The notes: generated by a model not told the origin, from the sequence alone. A DNA stretch of 64,000 nt from an uncultured delta proteobacterium (GCA_963796685.1 CAWCMR010000011.1:263236-327235); one strand, 5' to 3'. Shown: positions 21,298 to 32,360, counted from the stretch's first letter. Program-made: numbers and translations.

Positions 21298-21615
21298 TCA
21301 GTTGCCAGGAAGTGCGCCAGGTTCGGCGCCGCCGAAGACAGCTGCAATCCGGTCAAGGTGACGCGCCCAGAGTTGGTGATGGAAGGCGGCATCCTCCGCG
21401 CTCAGGCCGGAGAACTGGACCCTCACAGTTGTGCTGTCACCCGTCGGGATGAGGGTGATCTCAATGAGTGCAGGTGTCGTCGTCTCGTTGTCGGTTCCGT
21501 GACGGTCCCATTCCATGACCAGGCGGTGCGGGCGATCGACTTCGATGTAGCGGCCAGTGATCGCAGTCCCGCCAAGGTCAAGGTGGAACATGTTCCCCGG
21601 CCGAGGAGTCGTCAT
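21298..21615 (-). CDS. SRPBCC/AHA1-like protein (probably N-terminally truncated)
   Basis: GRYIEVDRPHRLVMEW...IEITL...TTVRVQFSGL...HHQLW..HLDRI; lacks the usual first strand and helix. Confidence 0.7.
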   Translation of the reverse strand: MTTPRPGNMFHLDLGGTAITGRYIEVDRPHRLVMEWDRHGTDNETTTPALIEITLIPTGDSTTVRVQFSGLSAEDAAFHHQLWARHLDRIAAVFGGAEPGALPGN

Positions 21616-22541
21616 GAAATGAAGCGGTGGATGGCCTCATTGGCGTGGTCCTGAAAGGACGGGTTGGCCAGATCGGGGAAGATATCCGCTTGGTCGACCA
21701 AGGGACCCGTCAATTTGTTGGCCGCGCTGGCGTAGAACACACCACTCAACAGAGTCGGATCGATGACGCCGTCGACGAGTCGCTTCGAGCCCACTTCAAG
21801 GTCGTGGGAAATGCCGAGATGGGGCATGATGTGTTTGGCCGCAAAGCGCAGCGGTAGCGCTGCGCCGCCGGCGGCTTCGGTGCCCGTGGTGTTGCCGGGG
21901 CTCACAGTGATAAAGCGTAGGTCGGGGTATTGGCGCGCCAGGTGGGCCATCCATAAGGCCCCGATGTACTTGACCTGACCGAAGGCGAGATTCCGATCAA
22001 ATTTTCTGTCAGCGAAGTAGCTGCCGTCGATGACGGTAGTGAGTTCGTCGGTAGAGGTTGAAGCAAAGGTGGGCCGTTTGAACCCCAACTTCGGTATTCC
22101 CCTGGCTGCTTCACTCGCGGCGAACACCGCTACCTCGCGAAGTCGGTTCTGGGTCAGGAGCCCTTCGAGGAGAACGGCGTGACCGAGAGCGTTCGTTGCG
22201 AACAGTTTGGTAGTCCCGTCAGCGGTCAATTCCATCAAGGTCTTGCTGCCGATTACACCAGCGTTCATGACCAGGGCGTCGAGGGTTCCGTCGATGGCCG
22301 CTAGGCCGGCGCGGACCGAACCAAGATCGGCGACGTCCATCAGAATGATGTCGAAGATGTGTCGGCCGGTCATGGCTTCGAGATCGGCCTTTGCCATTGT
22401 CGCTCGATTCTTGTTCCGGCACGCCAGATAGATGCGGCCCATCTCAGGACGTAACGCCAGTTGCCGGGCCACATCCTTGCCGATCCCGACGTTGGCGCCC
22501 GTGATCAGTACCGTCTTTCCTGGGCCGTTGAGGTCAGTCAT
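21612..22541 (-). CDS. Short-chain dehydrogenase/reductase
   Basis: TVLITGANVGIG, LVMNAG, ITVSPG; the catalytic YxxxK position reads FGQVK. Confidence 0.9.
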   Translation of the reverse strand: MTDLNGPGKTVLITGANVGIGKDVARQLALRPEMGRIYLACRNKNRATMAKADLEAMTGRHIFDIILMDVADLGSVRAGLAAIDGTLDALVMNAGVIGSKTLMELTADGTTKLFATNALGHAVLLEGLLTQNRLREVAVFAASEAARGIPKLGFKRPTFASTSTDELTTVIDGSYFADRKFDRNLAFGQVKYIGALWMAHLARQYPDLRFITVSPGNTTGTEAAGGAALPLRFAAKHIMPHLGISHDLEVGSKRLVDGVIDPTLLSGVFYASAANKLTGPLVDQADIFPDLANPSFQDHANEAIHRFIS

Positions 22542-22568
22542 ACGTTGCTCTATCCCCTCGCTGCAAAT

Positions 22569-22618
22569 TGGGTGGCGCAACCCATTCTGACCTTTCGACA
22601 CTGGGTTGTCAAACCCAG
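22569..22618. promoter_or_regulatory. Two TetR operator palindromes
   Basis: TGGGTG-GCGC-AACCCA (22569-22584) and C-TGGGTT-GTCA-AACCCA-G (22601-22618) between the divergent SDR and TetR genes. Confidence 0.7.
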
Positions 22619-22639
22619 AATTTCAGCTAACATCGGAGC

Positions 22640-23245
22640 ATGGTCAACGAGACGAGTGACCGGCCGAGGCTCACCCCCAAGGGAGCACGCACCCGGGCAC
22701 GAATAGTGGAGGAGGCCGCCGCCCTTATCCATGAGCGCGGGGTTGCGGCCACCACCTTGGAAGACGTCAGGGTGGCGGCGGAAGTCAGTGGCTCTCAGAT
22801 GTCCCACTACTTCCCCGGCAAGAACGATCTCGTGCAGGCGGTCATCGACTACCACGCCGACGCCATCGTCAATCGCAATCGGCAGGCGCTCAGCAGAGCG
22901 AACGGCGTCGAAGCCTGGCGGAACATGGTGATCACGGCAGCGAAGCGCACCAAAGCAAAGGGGGGATGCCAACTTGGCTCGCTCGTTAGCCAACTCGCCG
23001 AGAGTGACCCCGAGGCCCGAGCGCTCATCGGGGCAGGGTTCGCTGAGTGGGCAGCCGCTATCGGCGATGGACTCAGATCCCTTCATGCCGACGGCAAACT
23101 CCGGTCCGACATCGATCCGGACGACCTTGCCACTACTCTGCTCGCCGCGCTCGAAGGAGGGCTTCTACTCGGTCAGGTACTTCGGAGTTCCCGCCCGATC
23201 GAAACTGCGGTCGATACCCTCCTCGCCCTCGCCATTGGCAGATGA
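22640..23245 (+). CDS. TetR/AcrR family regulator (NemR/LmrA-like C-terminus)
   Basis: TRARIVEEAA...TTLEDV..AAEVSGSQMSHYFPGK; GGCQLGSL. Confidence 0.92.
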   Translation: MVNETSDRPRLTPKGARTRARIVEEAAALIHERGVAATTLEDVRVAAEVSGSQMSHYFPGKNDLVQAVIDYHADAIVNRNRQALSRANGVEAWRNMVITAAKRTKAKGGCQLGSLVSQLAESDPEARALIGAGFAEWAAAIGDGLRSLHADGKLRSDIDPDDLATTLLAALEGGLLLGQVLRSSRPIETAVDTLLALAIGR

Positions 23246-23303
23246 GGCCAAGCGGCGCAAACAGGTGTTCGCGATCGCCGAACTACACCAATGTAGTTAC
23301 CCG

Positions 23304-23653
23304 TGGAGGTGGCGGGAATCGAACCCGCGTCCTTCGGCTTCTCATCGGGCCTTCTCCGAGCGCAGCCGGCAGCTAGAGTCTCGGGACCCCCGCCGCCGCC
23401 GGCGAATTCGAGGGTCCCCAACCGACTTTTGGTGTCCCCGGCGGCCAATCGGTGGAACCGCTCGGGTAAGCCCCGCTAGATGACGCCCGCTACCGGCCTG
23501 CAGGGCTGAGACCGGACGGACGGGCTACTTATTAAGCAGCCAGCGCGAGCTGAGGCTCGGCATTTGTTTTTTGTTCCGGCTCTTTAACGTGGCTCCGGAG
23601 ACCACGGCTCGCTTCTCCCGAATTGACGACCAAAGTCGAAACCGATCACCCCC
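23304..23653 (-). ncRNA. ssrA: tmRNA
   Basis: 5' GGGGGTGATCGGTTTCGAC; 3' GGACGCGGGTTCGATTCCCGCCACCTCCA; acceptor stem with G3-U70; tag (A)AEPQLALAA-TAA-TAA at 23561-23529; adjacent to smpB. Confidence 0.97.
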
Positions 23654-23720
23654 TGTGTCTGTGTCGGGTCCCATCCTACCGGCGGGTGCAGGGCGCTGAG
23701 CCCGACGGGGGACGTAGGAT

Positions 23721-24277
23721 TCAGTCGTATTCCTTGCGGGCCCCCCGGCCCACGCTCTTGCCCGGCCGCGAAGCGGGCCTCGCGCGCCGCGTCACGCTCG
23801 GCGTCGCGTGTGGCGATGGCGTGGCGCTTGTCGTAGAGGCGCCGGCCCTTGGCCAGGGCCAGCTCCACCTTGGCCCGGCCGTCTTTGAAGTAGATCGAGA
23901 GGGGCACGAGCGTGAGGGCCTTCTGCTGGGTCTGGCCCATGAGCTCGTCGATCTCGTCGCGGTGCAGGAGGAGCTTGCGCCGGCGCTCGGGATCATGGGC
24001 GCCGAAACCCGCGGCGTGCTCGTAGGGGGGGATGTGCACCCCGAGCAGCCAGGCTTCGCCTCCCTCGACCCGCGGCGTAGGCGTCGGCCAGGGTGACCCG
24101 CCCGGCCCGCAGGGACTTCACCTCGCTTCCCTGCAGGGCGAGGCCACATTCGTAGGTCTCGAGGATGTCGTAGTCGTGGCGGGCGCGACGGTTCCGGGCG
24201 ACCGTCTTGATCCGGTCGGTGCCGTCGTCGGGGACGCGGCGCGACGCCCGACGTCCCGGTCCTTTCGCTGCGGCCAC
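23721..24277 (-). CDS. smpB: SsrA-binding protein (frameshifted)
   Basis: [29 protein letters not shown] / HIPPYE...RKLLLH...[11 protein letters not shown]. Confidence 0.95.
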
Positions 24278-24345
24278 CCGCGGAACGGTACCCGGCGTCA
24301 CGCCTGCCGGGTCCGTGCCGGGGGCGAAGGCCCCCGGTACCCTCG

Positions 24346-24755
24346 ATGGGCATGCTCCGCCTGCCCGCCCACGTCTACGCCGAGATCGTCGGCCACTGCC
24401 TGGGCGGGCTCCCCGACGAGGCGTGCGGGCTGCTCGGGGGCGACCCCGCCACGGGCGACGTGGCCGGTGCTACCCGACCCGCAACCTCGCCGCCTCGGCC
24501 AAGCTCTACACCGTCGACCCCGCGAGCACCTCCGGGCCGACCGTGACGCCGAGTCCCGCGGCATCGAGATCATCGGCGTCTTCCACTCCCACACCCACAC
24601 CGACGCCTACCCGTCGCCCACCGACATCGCCCAGGCTCCGATCCCGGCTGGCACTACGTGCTCGTGTCGCTGCGCGACAGCCATCCGATGGTGCGGTCGT
24701 ACCGCATCCGCGGCGAGGTGGTCGAGGAGGAGCCGGTGGTGGTCGAGCCCGGTGA
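24346..24755 (+). CDS. mec: JAB/Mov34 (M67) CysO-cysteine peptidase (frameshifted)
   Basis: PDEACGLL and [19 protein letters not shown] motif; upstream of cysO-cysM. Confidence 0.85.
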
Positions 24756-24855
24756 GCCCGCCGTGCCCGGTAGAATGCTGACCGGAGTCGTCGACATTCG
24801 TCGGGCCGTCGCGGTGTCCCTCGGGGCGAGGCGGCCTCGGACCCGGGAGGGCATC

Positions 24856-25132
24856 GTGGCCGTCGAAGTGAGGCTTCCCACGGTCCTGCGCCAGCACGCC
24901 GGGGGGCAGGTCGGCGGTGATCGCCGAGGGCGCCACCATCGGCGAGGTGCTCGCCGATCTCGTGCGGAGCTATCCCGGCATGAAGGGCCAGGTGCTCACC
25001 GAGGACGGGTCGCTGCACCGGTTCGTGAACGTCTACGTCGACGACGACGACGTCCGGTACCTCGACCAGCTCGACACCAAGGTGGCCGACGGCGTCACCG
25101 TGTCGATCCTGCCCGCCGTGGCCGGCGGCTGA
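24856..25132 (+). CDS. cysO: MoaD/ThiS-like sulfur carrier
   Basis: VRLPTVLR...LHRFVNVYVDDDDVR...ILPAVAGG* with C-terminal Gly-Gly. Confidence 0.88.
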
Positions 25133-25173
25133 GGTCGCCGTCCCCCCACGGCGCACGCCGCGGACGCCATCAC

Positions 25174-26129
<956 letters not shown>

Positions 26130-26143
26130 TGACGTCCTGGCCG

Positions 26144-26971
26144 CTACGCTGGCTCGCCCTTCTTCGCCTTGCTGCGCAGCGCCACGGCGGCGTCGGGCTC
26201 GAGGACGCGGAAGCTGAAGCTCTCTTCGAGGTAGAGCGGCACGTGTCTGGCGTCGTGCGACGTGTAGCCGATGGAGATGTCCTGGCCCGACTCGAAGACG
26301 AAGTCCCCGCCCCGCAGGCTGAGGACGATGCCGCATTCGACGCCCGGCGCCCACACCAGGGGGCCGCCCAGGATCTGGCGGAGGTGGTCGAGGAGCAGAT
26401 GCCCACCGTGCTCGGCGGTGTGGACGATCTCGGTGTAGATCCCCGGCGACAGGGCCAGGCCGTAGGGGCCACCGATCCCCGCGCCGCGCAGCACGTCGAC
26501 GGCCTCGGCCACGGCGGTGGGGTAGTGCTCGGCGTCGGCGGACAAGCGTGAGCGCGGCGTGCGAGGTGCTCTCGGTGATCCCCTTGATCTGGCCCGCCCG
26601 GTAGCCGTGGAAGACGGCGGTGTTCTCGGCCAGGGCGATGTGGCGTCCCGCCTCTTCGAGCCCGGGGAGGTCGAGGTCGTCGGCGCCGCGCTCGGCGTCG
26701 TCGACCTCGCCGCGCGCCACGGTGAAGTCGGCGCGCAGCTCCACCAGGGCGAGGACCTGTCGCTGGCGAGCCCGTCACCGTCGGCCGAGGGGCCTGCGAT
26801 CGACGTGGTGCGGCCCAGGGCGGTGGCCGAGTGGGCCCAGCCCACGGGCCCCTCGAAGTCGACGAGCTTGCGGGCCGCCAGATAGGTCTCGAGGCGGGGC
26901 TTGATCTCCTCCTCGATGGCCTTCCAGCCCGCGTCGCCGATGGGGGCGAGGTCGCGGTGGAGATGGTTCAT
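26144..26971 (-). CDS. Family 1 encapsulin shell protein (linocin M18 type; frameshifted)
   Basis: MNHLHRDLAPI..AGWKAIEEE...AARKLVDFEGPVGW; ENTAVFHG; RGGDF...GQDISIGY..HD...LYLEESFSFRVLEPDAAV. Confidence 0.95.
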   Translation of the reverse strand: MNHLHRDLAPIGDAGWKAIEEEIKPRLETYLAARKLVDFEGPVGWAHSATALGRTTSIAGPSADGDGLASDRSSPWWSCAPTSPWRAARSTTPSAAPTTSTSPGSKRRDATSPWPRTPPSSTATGRARSRGSPRAPRTPRSRLSADAEHYPTAVAEAVDVLRGAGIGGPYGLALSPGIYTEIVHTAEHGGHLLLDHLRQILGGPLVWAPGVECGIVLSLRGGDFVFESGQDISIGYTSHDARHVPLYLEESFSFRVLEPDAAVALRSKAKKGEPA

Positions 26972-27364
26972 GATTCGCGTCCCTTCAGGCTTCCGATCCC
27001 GAGCGATCCCGATCCCGCAGCTCGCGCCGGCCGGCGGGGTCGGCTCGCGGATCCGGGCCCGGCTCGGCTTCGGTCTCGATCTCGAGGACGGACCCGGTGC
27101 GTGAAGAGGTAGGTGCGGAGGTGCCGGTCGAGGGCGGGGTCGCGGCGTCGGAGCCACTCGAGGGTCATCGAGGCGTGCTCCTTCTCCTCGTCGCGGTTGT
27201 GGGCGAGGACCTCGGCCAGGGCTGGGGTCCGAGGTGGCCTTGACCCGCTGGTCGTACCAGTCGACGGCCTCGAGCTCCTCGCACAGCGAGGTCATGGCCC
27301 GGTGGTGGTCGATGGTCTCCTCGTCGAGGAGATCGGCCGCTTCGTGCAGCCCTTCGCTCGCCAT
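26968..27364 (-). CDS. Encapsulin-associated ferritin-like protein (frameshifted)
   Basis: HRAMTSLCEELEAVDWYDQR...HNRDEEKEHA.MTLEWLRRRD..LDRHLRTYLF; C-terminal targeting peptide GSLGIGSLKG; stop overlaps the encapsulin ATG. Confidence 0.92.
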
Positions 27365-27459
27365 TTCGTGCTCCTGTCGCCCCTGTCGCCCGCTCGACCG
27401 CGGGCCCTACCCGGCGCTGCCGGGTCGGCCCGGTCCGTGACACGGTATAGGTTTCGGGC

Positions 27460-27814
27460 ATGGCCGACGTCCGCTCCCGGGTCACCGGCCCGGCGCGTGG
27501 CGACGTCCCCGGCGCGACGAGGCCAAGGAGAAGGTGCAGGCCCGTCCCGAGCACCTGCACCGCAGCGAGGAGTGGAACGGGCTGCGCCGCGGGGACCCCG
27601 TCGAGATCGAGGGCCCGGTGCTGCGGGGCGCGGCGTGGCGGTTCCTCGGCTTCGTGCGCAACGAGCGCAACGGCGCCGAGTCGGTCGAGGTGATCGGGGG
27701 CGGCCCGGGGAGGACCGGGTGCGGTCGTTCCTCCCCGAGCAGGTCTTCCCCGTGGGCGGGCGCAAGACCGGCCGGGCCTCGCTCGCCGACGCGCCCCAGC
27801 TGCCCCTCGGCTGA
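27460..27814 (+). CDS. Small hypothetical protein, possibly SH3-like (frameshifted)
   Basis: Stitched: [15 protein letters not shown]...[38 protein letters not shown]...[11 protein letters not shown]. Confidence 0.6.
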
Positions 27815-27888
27815 CCTCGCTGCGCCCGGCCTGGGCGGAGGGCCGCTCGTGGCCGCGGTGCACGCAGCGGTGCCGTAGCCTCGGGCGG

Positions 27889-28783
27889 ATGGACGGCCGT
27901 CCCATCGGCATGTTCGACAGCGGGTTCGGGGGGCTGACCGTGGCCCGGGCGCTGATCGACCTCGCCCCCCACGAGGACCTCGTCTACGTGGGCGACACCG
28001 GGCCGCTACCCCTACGGGCCGCGCGACCTCGACGAGGTGCGGTCCTTCGCCGTGCAGATCGCGCGCTGGCTGGTCGACGAGGTCGACGTGAAGCTCATCG
28101 TCGTCGCCTGCAACACCGCGTCGGCGGCCGCGCTCGACACCCTGCGCGCCTTGTTGCCGGTGCCCGGTGGTCGGTGTCATCGACCCCGGGGTGCGGGCCG
28201 CTGGCCAAGGCCACCCGCAACCGGCGGGTCGGGCGTGGTGGGCACGGTGGGGACGATCCGCTCCGGCGCCTACCAGCGCGCCATCGGGGCCCTGGCCGGT
28301 GCCGCTCGAGCTCGTGCCCGCGTCGTGCCCGGGGTTCGTCGAGTTCGTCGAACGGGGCGAGACGCGCTCGGACCAGGTGGCGGTGCTGGCCGAGCGGCTG
28401 CTGGCGCCGGTGCGCGACGCCGGGGTCGACACCTTGTTGCTCGGGTGCACCCACTACCCGTTCCTGGCCCGGACCATCGCCGACGTCATGGGTCGCGACG
28501 TGGTGCTCGTGTCCTCGGCCGACGAGACCGCCTTCGAGGTCCGGGCCATCCTGGGCGACGCCGATCCGGGCCGATCGGCGTGGCGCCCGGCGCCGACGAG
28601 CCCGGCTCGCTCCGGGTGTACTCGTCGGGCGACGTGGAGTGGTTCCGGACCGTGGGCAGCCGGCTCTTCGGCGAGGAGCTGGGCGAGGTGCGGCGGCTCG
28701 TCGTGGCCCGACCCGGCCCCCGGTCGCCGACGCGGCCGGCGGCCCGAGCCCCGACGGCCGGCCCCGGCGCGGCGTCGGGCTGA
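27889..28783 (+). CDS. murI: Glutamate racemase (frameshifted)
   Basis: [19 protein letters not shown] and LGCTHYP catalytic motifs. Confidence 0.95.
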
Positions 28784-28788
28784 GGCGG

Positions 28789-29526
28789 GTGCTCACCCTC
28801 ACCGTCCTCGGCTGCGACGGCAGCCACCAGGCACGCCGGCGGGGCCGCCAGCGGGTACCTGGTGCGGTCGTGGGCGTCGGGGACCTCGGTGTGGATGGAC
28901 GCCGGGCCCGGGACCTTCGCCAACCTGCAGCGCTTCACCGACCCGCTCGGCGCTGACCGGCGATCGTGCTCACCCACGAGCACCACGACCACTTCAGCGA
29001 CATCGAGGGTTCATCACCGCGGCGCGCTGGGTGTACGGGTTTCACCGCGACCCCGTCCCCGTCTACGCCGCGCCCGGGCGTGCGGGAGCATCTGACCCAG
29101 GACGTCGATGGGATCCTCGACTGGCACGAGGTGGGCGACGGTGATGGGGTCGACGTCGGTGATCTGCGAGCTGAGCTTTCAGCCGGACCGATCATCCGCC
29201 GGTCACCTTGGCCACGCGCCTCGAGGGACCGTCGGGCGCGCTGGGGTACTCTGCCGACTCCGGGCCGGAATGGTCGCTGTCGGCGCTCGGCCCCGGCCTC
29301 GACCTCGCCCTGTGCGAGGCCACCTACACCTCCGACCACGAAAGGCCCGCCCATCCACATGAGCGGCACCGAAGCAGGTTCCAACGCCCGGCTGGCCGGG
29401 GCCCGGCGACTCGTGATCACCCACCGGTGGCCCACCGCCGACGCGGCCGAGGTCCTGGCCGAGGCCACCGAGGCCTTCGGGGGCACCGTGGCGCAGGCCG
29501 CCGTGGGCCGGGGCTATTCGCTGTGA
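28789..29526 (+). CDS. MBL-fold metallo-hydrolase (Rv1339-like phosphodiesterase; frameshifted)
   Basis: [33 protein letters not shown] and LVITH; position between murI and rph. Confidence 0.88.
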
Positions 29527-30277
29527 CCGATCCCCGGGCCCCGGCGCGCCGACGGCCGCGACGTGGCGCGACCTCGCGGCCCGTGTCGTTCCGTACGGGA
29601 CTTCACCGAGTTCGCCAACGGGTCGGTCCTGGTGTCGATGGGCAAGACCAAGGTGCTGTGCACGGCGTCGGTCGAGGACCGGGTGCCGCCGTGGCTGCGG
29701 GGCGGCGGCAAGGGCTGGGTCACCGCCGAGTACTCGTTGCTGCCGGGGTCCTCGGCCGAGCGGGTCGGGCGGGAGGCGGCCAAGGGCAAGCAGTCGGGCC
29801 GGACCCATGAGATCCAGCGGCTCATCGGCCGGTCCCTGCGGGCCGTGACCGATCTCGTCGCCATGGGGGAGCTGTCGGTGACCGTGGACTGCGACGCCCT
29901 GCAGGCCGACGGGGGGACCCGGACGGCGTCGATCTGCGGCGCCTACGTCGCCCTCCACGACTGCTTCACCCGGTTGGTGCAGAAGCGGGTCATCTCGTCA
30001 CACCCCCTCACCGACGCCTGTGCGGCGGTCTCGGTGGGCGTCGTCGACGGGGCGTGTCTGTTGGACCTCGACTACTCCGAGGACTCGCGCGCCGAGGTCG
30101 ACATGAACGTCGTGATGACGGGATCGGGGCGGTTCGTCGAGGTCCAGGGCACCGCCGAGGGCATGGCCTTCACCCGCGGCGAGCTCGATGAGCTGCGTGG
30201 GCCTGGCCGAGCAGGGCATCGGTGTGCTGCTCGACGCCCAGCGCGCCGTCGTCGACGAGCCCCCCGCCCCTCGGTGA
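29523..30277 (+). CDS. rph: Ribonuclease PH
   Basis: [47 protein letters not shown] and EVQGTAEG. Confidence 0.95.
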
Positions 30278-30940
30278 CGACTCCGGGCGACGGCGACGGG
30301 AACGGCGCCGGACGGCCGGCACCGGCGGGCGGTCTGCGGATGGTGCTGGCCACGGCCAACCCCGACAAGGCGGCCGAGATCGTGGCCCTCGTGTCCGAGA
30401 CCGTGGGCGACCGGGTCGAGCTCGTCGGCCGCGGCCCGCCGTCGGTGGGCGAGGTGGAGGAGACCGGGACCACCCTCGAGGACAACGCCCGGCTCAAGGC
30501 CGTGGCACTGGTCGAGGCCACCGGGTTGCCCGCCATCGCCGACGACACCGGGCTGGAGGTCGACGCGCTCGGCGGGGCGCCGGGCGTGTTCTCGTCGCGC
30601 TACTCCGGCGACCACGCCTCCTACGAGGACAACGTGACCAAGCTCCTCGCCGAGCTCGACGCCGCCGGCGCGCCGCGGCCCGAGGCGCGCCGGGCCCGGT
30701 TCCGGACCGTGGCCATGGCCTGTTTCCCCGGCGGGCGCGAGGTCGTCGCCCACGGGGTGGTCGAAGGGACCATCGCGTCGACAGCGGCGTGGCCGGGGCG
30801 GGTTCGGCTACGACCCGGTGTTCATCCCCGACGGCGGCGACGGCCGGACCTACGCCGAGATGGCCATCGCCGAGAAGAACACCCGGTCCCATCGGGCCCG
30901 GGCCTTCCGGGCCCTGGCCATCGGGCTGCTGTCGGGCTGA
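30274..30940 (+). CDS. rdgB: RdgB/HAM1 non-canonical purine NTP pyrophosphatase
   Basis: [40 protein letters not shown] and KN..SHR.RA. Confidence 0.93.
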
Positions 30941-30975
30941 CCCGGGCGAGCTGCCCGTGGTGACGGCGCGACCGC

Positions 30976-31842
30976 TCAGCGCAGGCGCCACTCCACCCGT
31001 TCGCCCGAGGCGAAGCGGGCCTGGCCCTCGGCCAGGGCCTCGGGGTCGTTGCCGAGGCCCGACGAAGGCCCATCCGAGGCCGAGGGCCTGGCTCCGGGAG
31101 AGCTCGCGTCCGGCCCACAGGGCCCGGAGGGTTCCCTGGACGGCCACGGGGTGGGCCTTGGCGATGACCTCGGCGGCCCACTGGGCGCGTGGCCGGAGCT
31201 CGGCGGCCGGCACGACCTCGGTGACGAGCCCGATCTGCAGGGCCCGCTGCGCGCTCATGCGCTCCTCGCTCCCGAGGAGGGTCAGCCGGACGAGGTCGCC
31301 GAAGGGCATGCGATCGGTCATCTGGAGCGGCTCGAAGGCGGCCGCCATGTTGAAGGTCAGGTGGGGGTCGAAGAACGTGGCGTGCTCGGCCGCGATCATG
31401 AAGTCGACCTCGCCCAGCATGTAGAAGGCCCCGCCGCAGGCGATGCCGTTCACCGCCGCGATGACCGGCTTCCACAGGTCGTTGGCCTTGGGGCCGAGGT
31501 TCTCGCCGGGGTCGTCGAACATGAACGGGGTCGTGCCCGACCCGATGTGGACGGCGTCGTCGTCGGTGTCCGGCGCAGGGCCGGGCCGCGGCGCCCGACC
31601 GACCGGGTCGGGGCCCCTCGGCCAACGCCTCGGAGCGGTCGATGCCCGGTGCAGAACGCCTTGTCCCCGGCGCCGGTGAGGACCACGACGCGGACGTCGT
31701 CGTGACGCCGGAGCCAGCGCCAGACGCTGCGCAGCTCGCGCTGCATCGTGGTGTTGAAGGCGTTCATGACGTCGGGCCGGTTCAAGGTGACCCAGGCCAC
31801 GCCCCCCGACTCCTCGTAGCCGAGCGTCTCGAACTCGGGCAT
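30976..31842 (-). CDS. Enoyl-CoA hydratase/isomerase family protein (frameshifted)
   Basis: VTLNRPDVMNAF, LTGAGDKAFCTG and KPVIAAVNGIACGG. Confidence 0.9.
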
Positions 31843-32107
31843 CGCCTTCCTCGCCGTGGTCGTCGGGGCCGCCCGAGTGTCTCGTGGCGCGGCCGCGGGC
31901 ACGGTAGCAGGGGCGGTCGGCGGCGGGCACGCCGGAGCCCGCCCGATCACGCTGGGGGCTGCTGGATCAGGCGGGGCCCGGCGGTCCGTGCAGCTCCGGG
32001 TGATGGCCGGGGGCATTTTCGGCACCGTCCCGGTGCTCGCCACCGACCGGGAAGAGCAGCGGGCGACGAAGCTCCGGACATCTTGGGCTATGGCCGGAGC
32101 CGTATCA

Positions 32108-32127
32108 CTAGGGACTAAGGTCCCTAG
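32108..32127. promoter_or_regulatory. DosR/DevR-box-like palindrome
   Basis: CTAGGGAC-TAAG-GTCCCTAG, matching the GGGAC-N4-GTCCC core of the mycobacterial DosR box. Confidence 0.6.
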
Positions 32128-32244
32128 ATACCCGCTTCGCCACCCCACGGGGCACACCACGTGGGCGGGGGGCGACCCCATTGGAGTCCTGAGGCCCTGG
32201 TGGAGGGCTCACGAGGGGGCGCCATTGGCGGGGCGCCTCGCATT

Positions 32245-32304
32245 GGCGGCACAGTGTCACGCCACCTCTTGGCGGCACCGTGACACGCCGCCGAGAGGCG
32301 GCAC
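32245..32304 (+). repeat. 26-bp period tandem hairpin repeat (about 2.3 units)
   Basis: GGCGGCAC at 32245, 32271 and 32297; each full unit is GGCGGC...GCC(A/G)CC. Confidence 0.6.
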
Positions 32305-32360
32305 CGAGGAGCTGCGCAGCTCGGTGCAGGAGATCCGGGGCGCATGAGGGGAGGAGTTCG

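Noticed and set aside
24346-25132. JAB protease plus ubiquitin-like protein as an anti-phage (CBASS/Bil-type) system
   Set aside because: It is followed by cysM in the conserved cysteine-synthesis locus, with no E1/E2 or cyclase partner adjacent.
26144-27364. 406-aa ORF suggesting a ferritin-encapsulin fusion
   Set aside because: Artefact of compensating indels. The cargo has its own targeting peptide and a stop overlapping the encapsulin ATG (26968-26971).
29563-30963. Apparent Rph-RdgB fusion
   Set aside because: A frameshift near 30200 hides the rph stop at 30275-30277; these are two standard adjacent genes.
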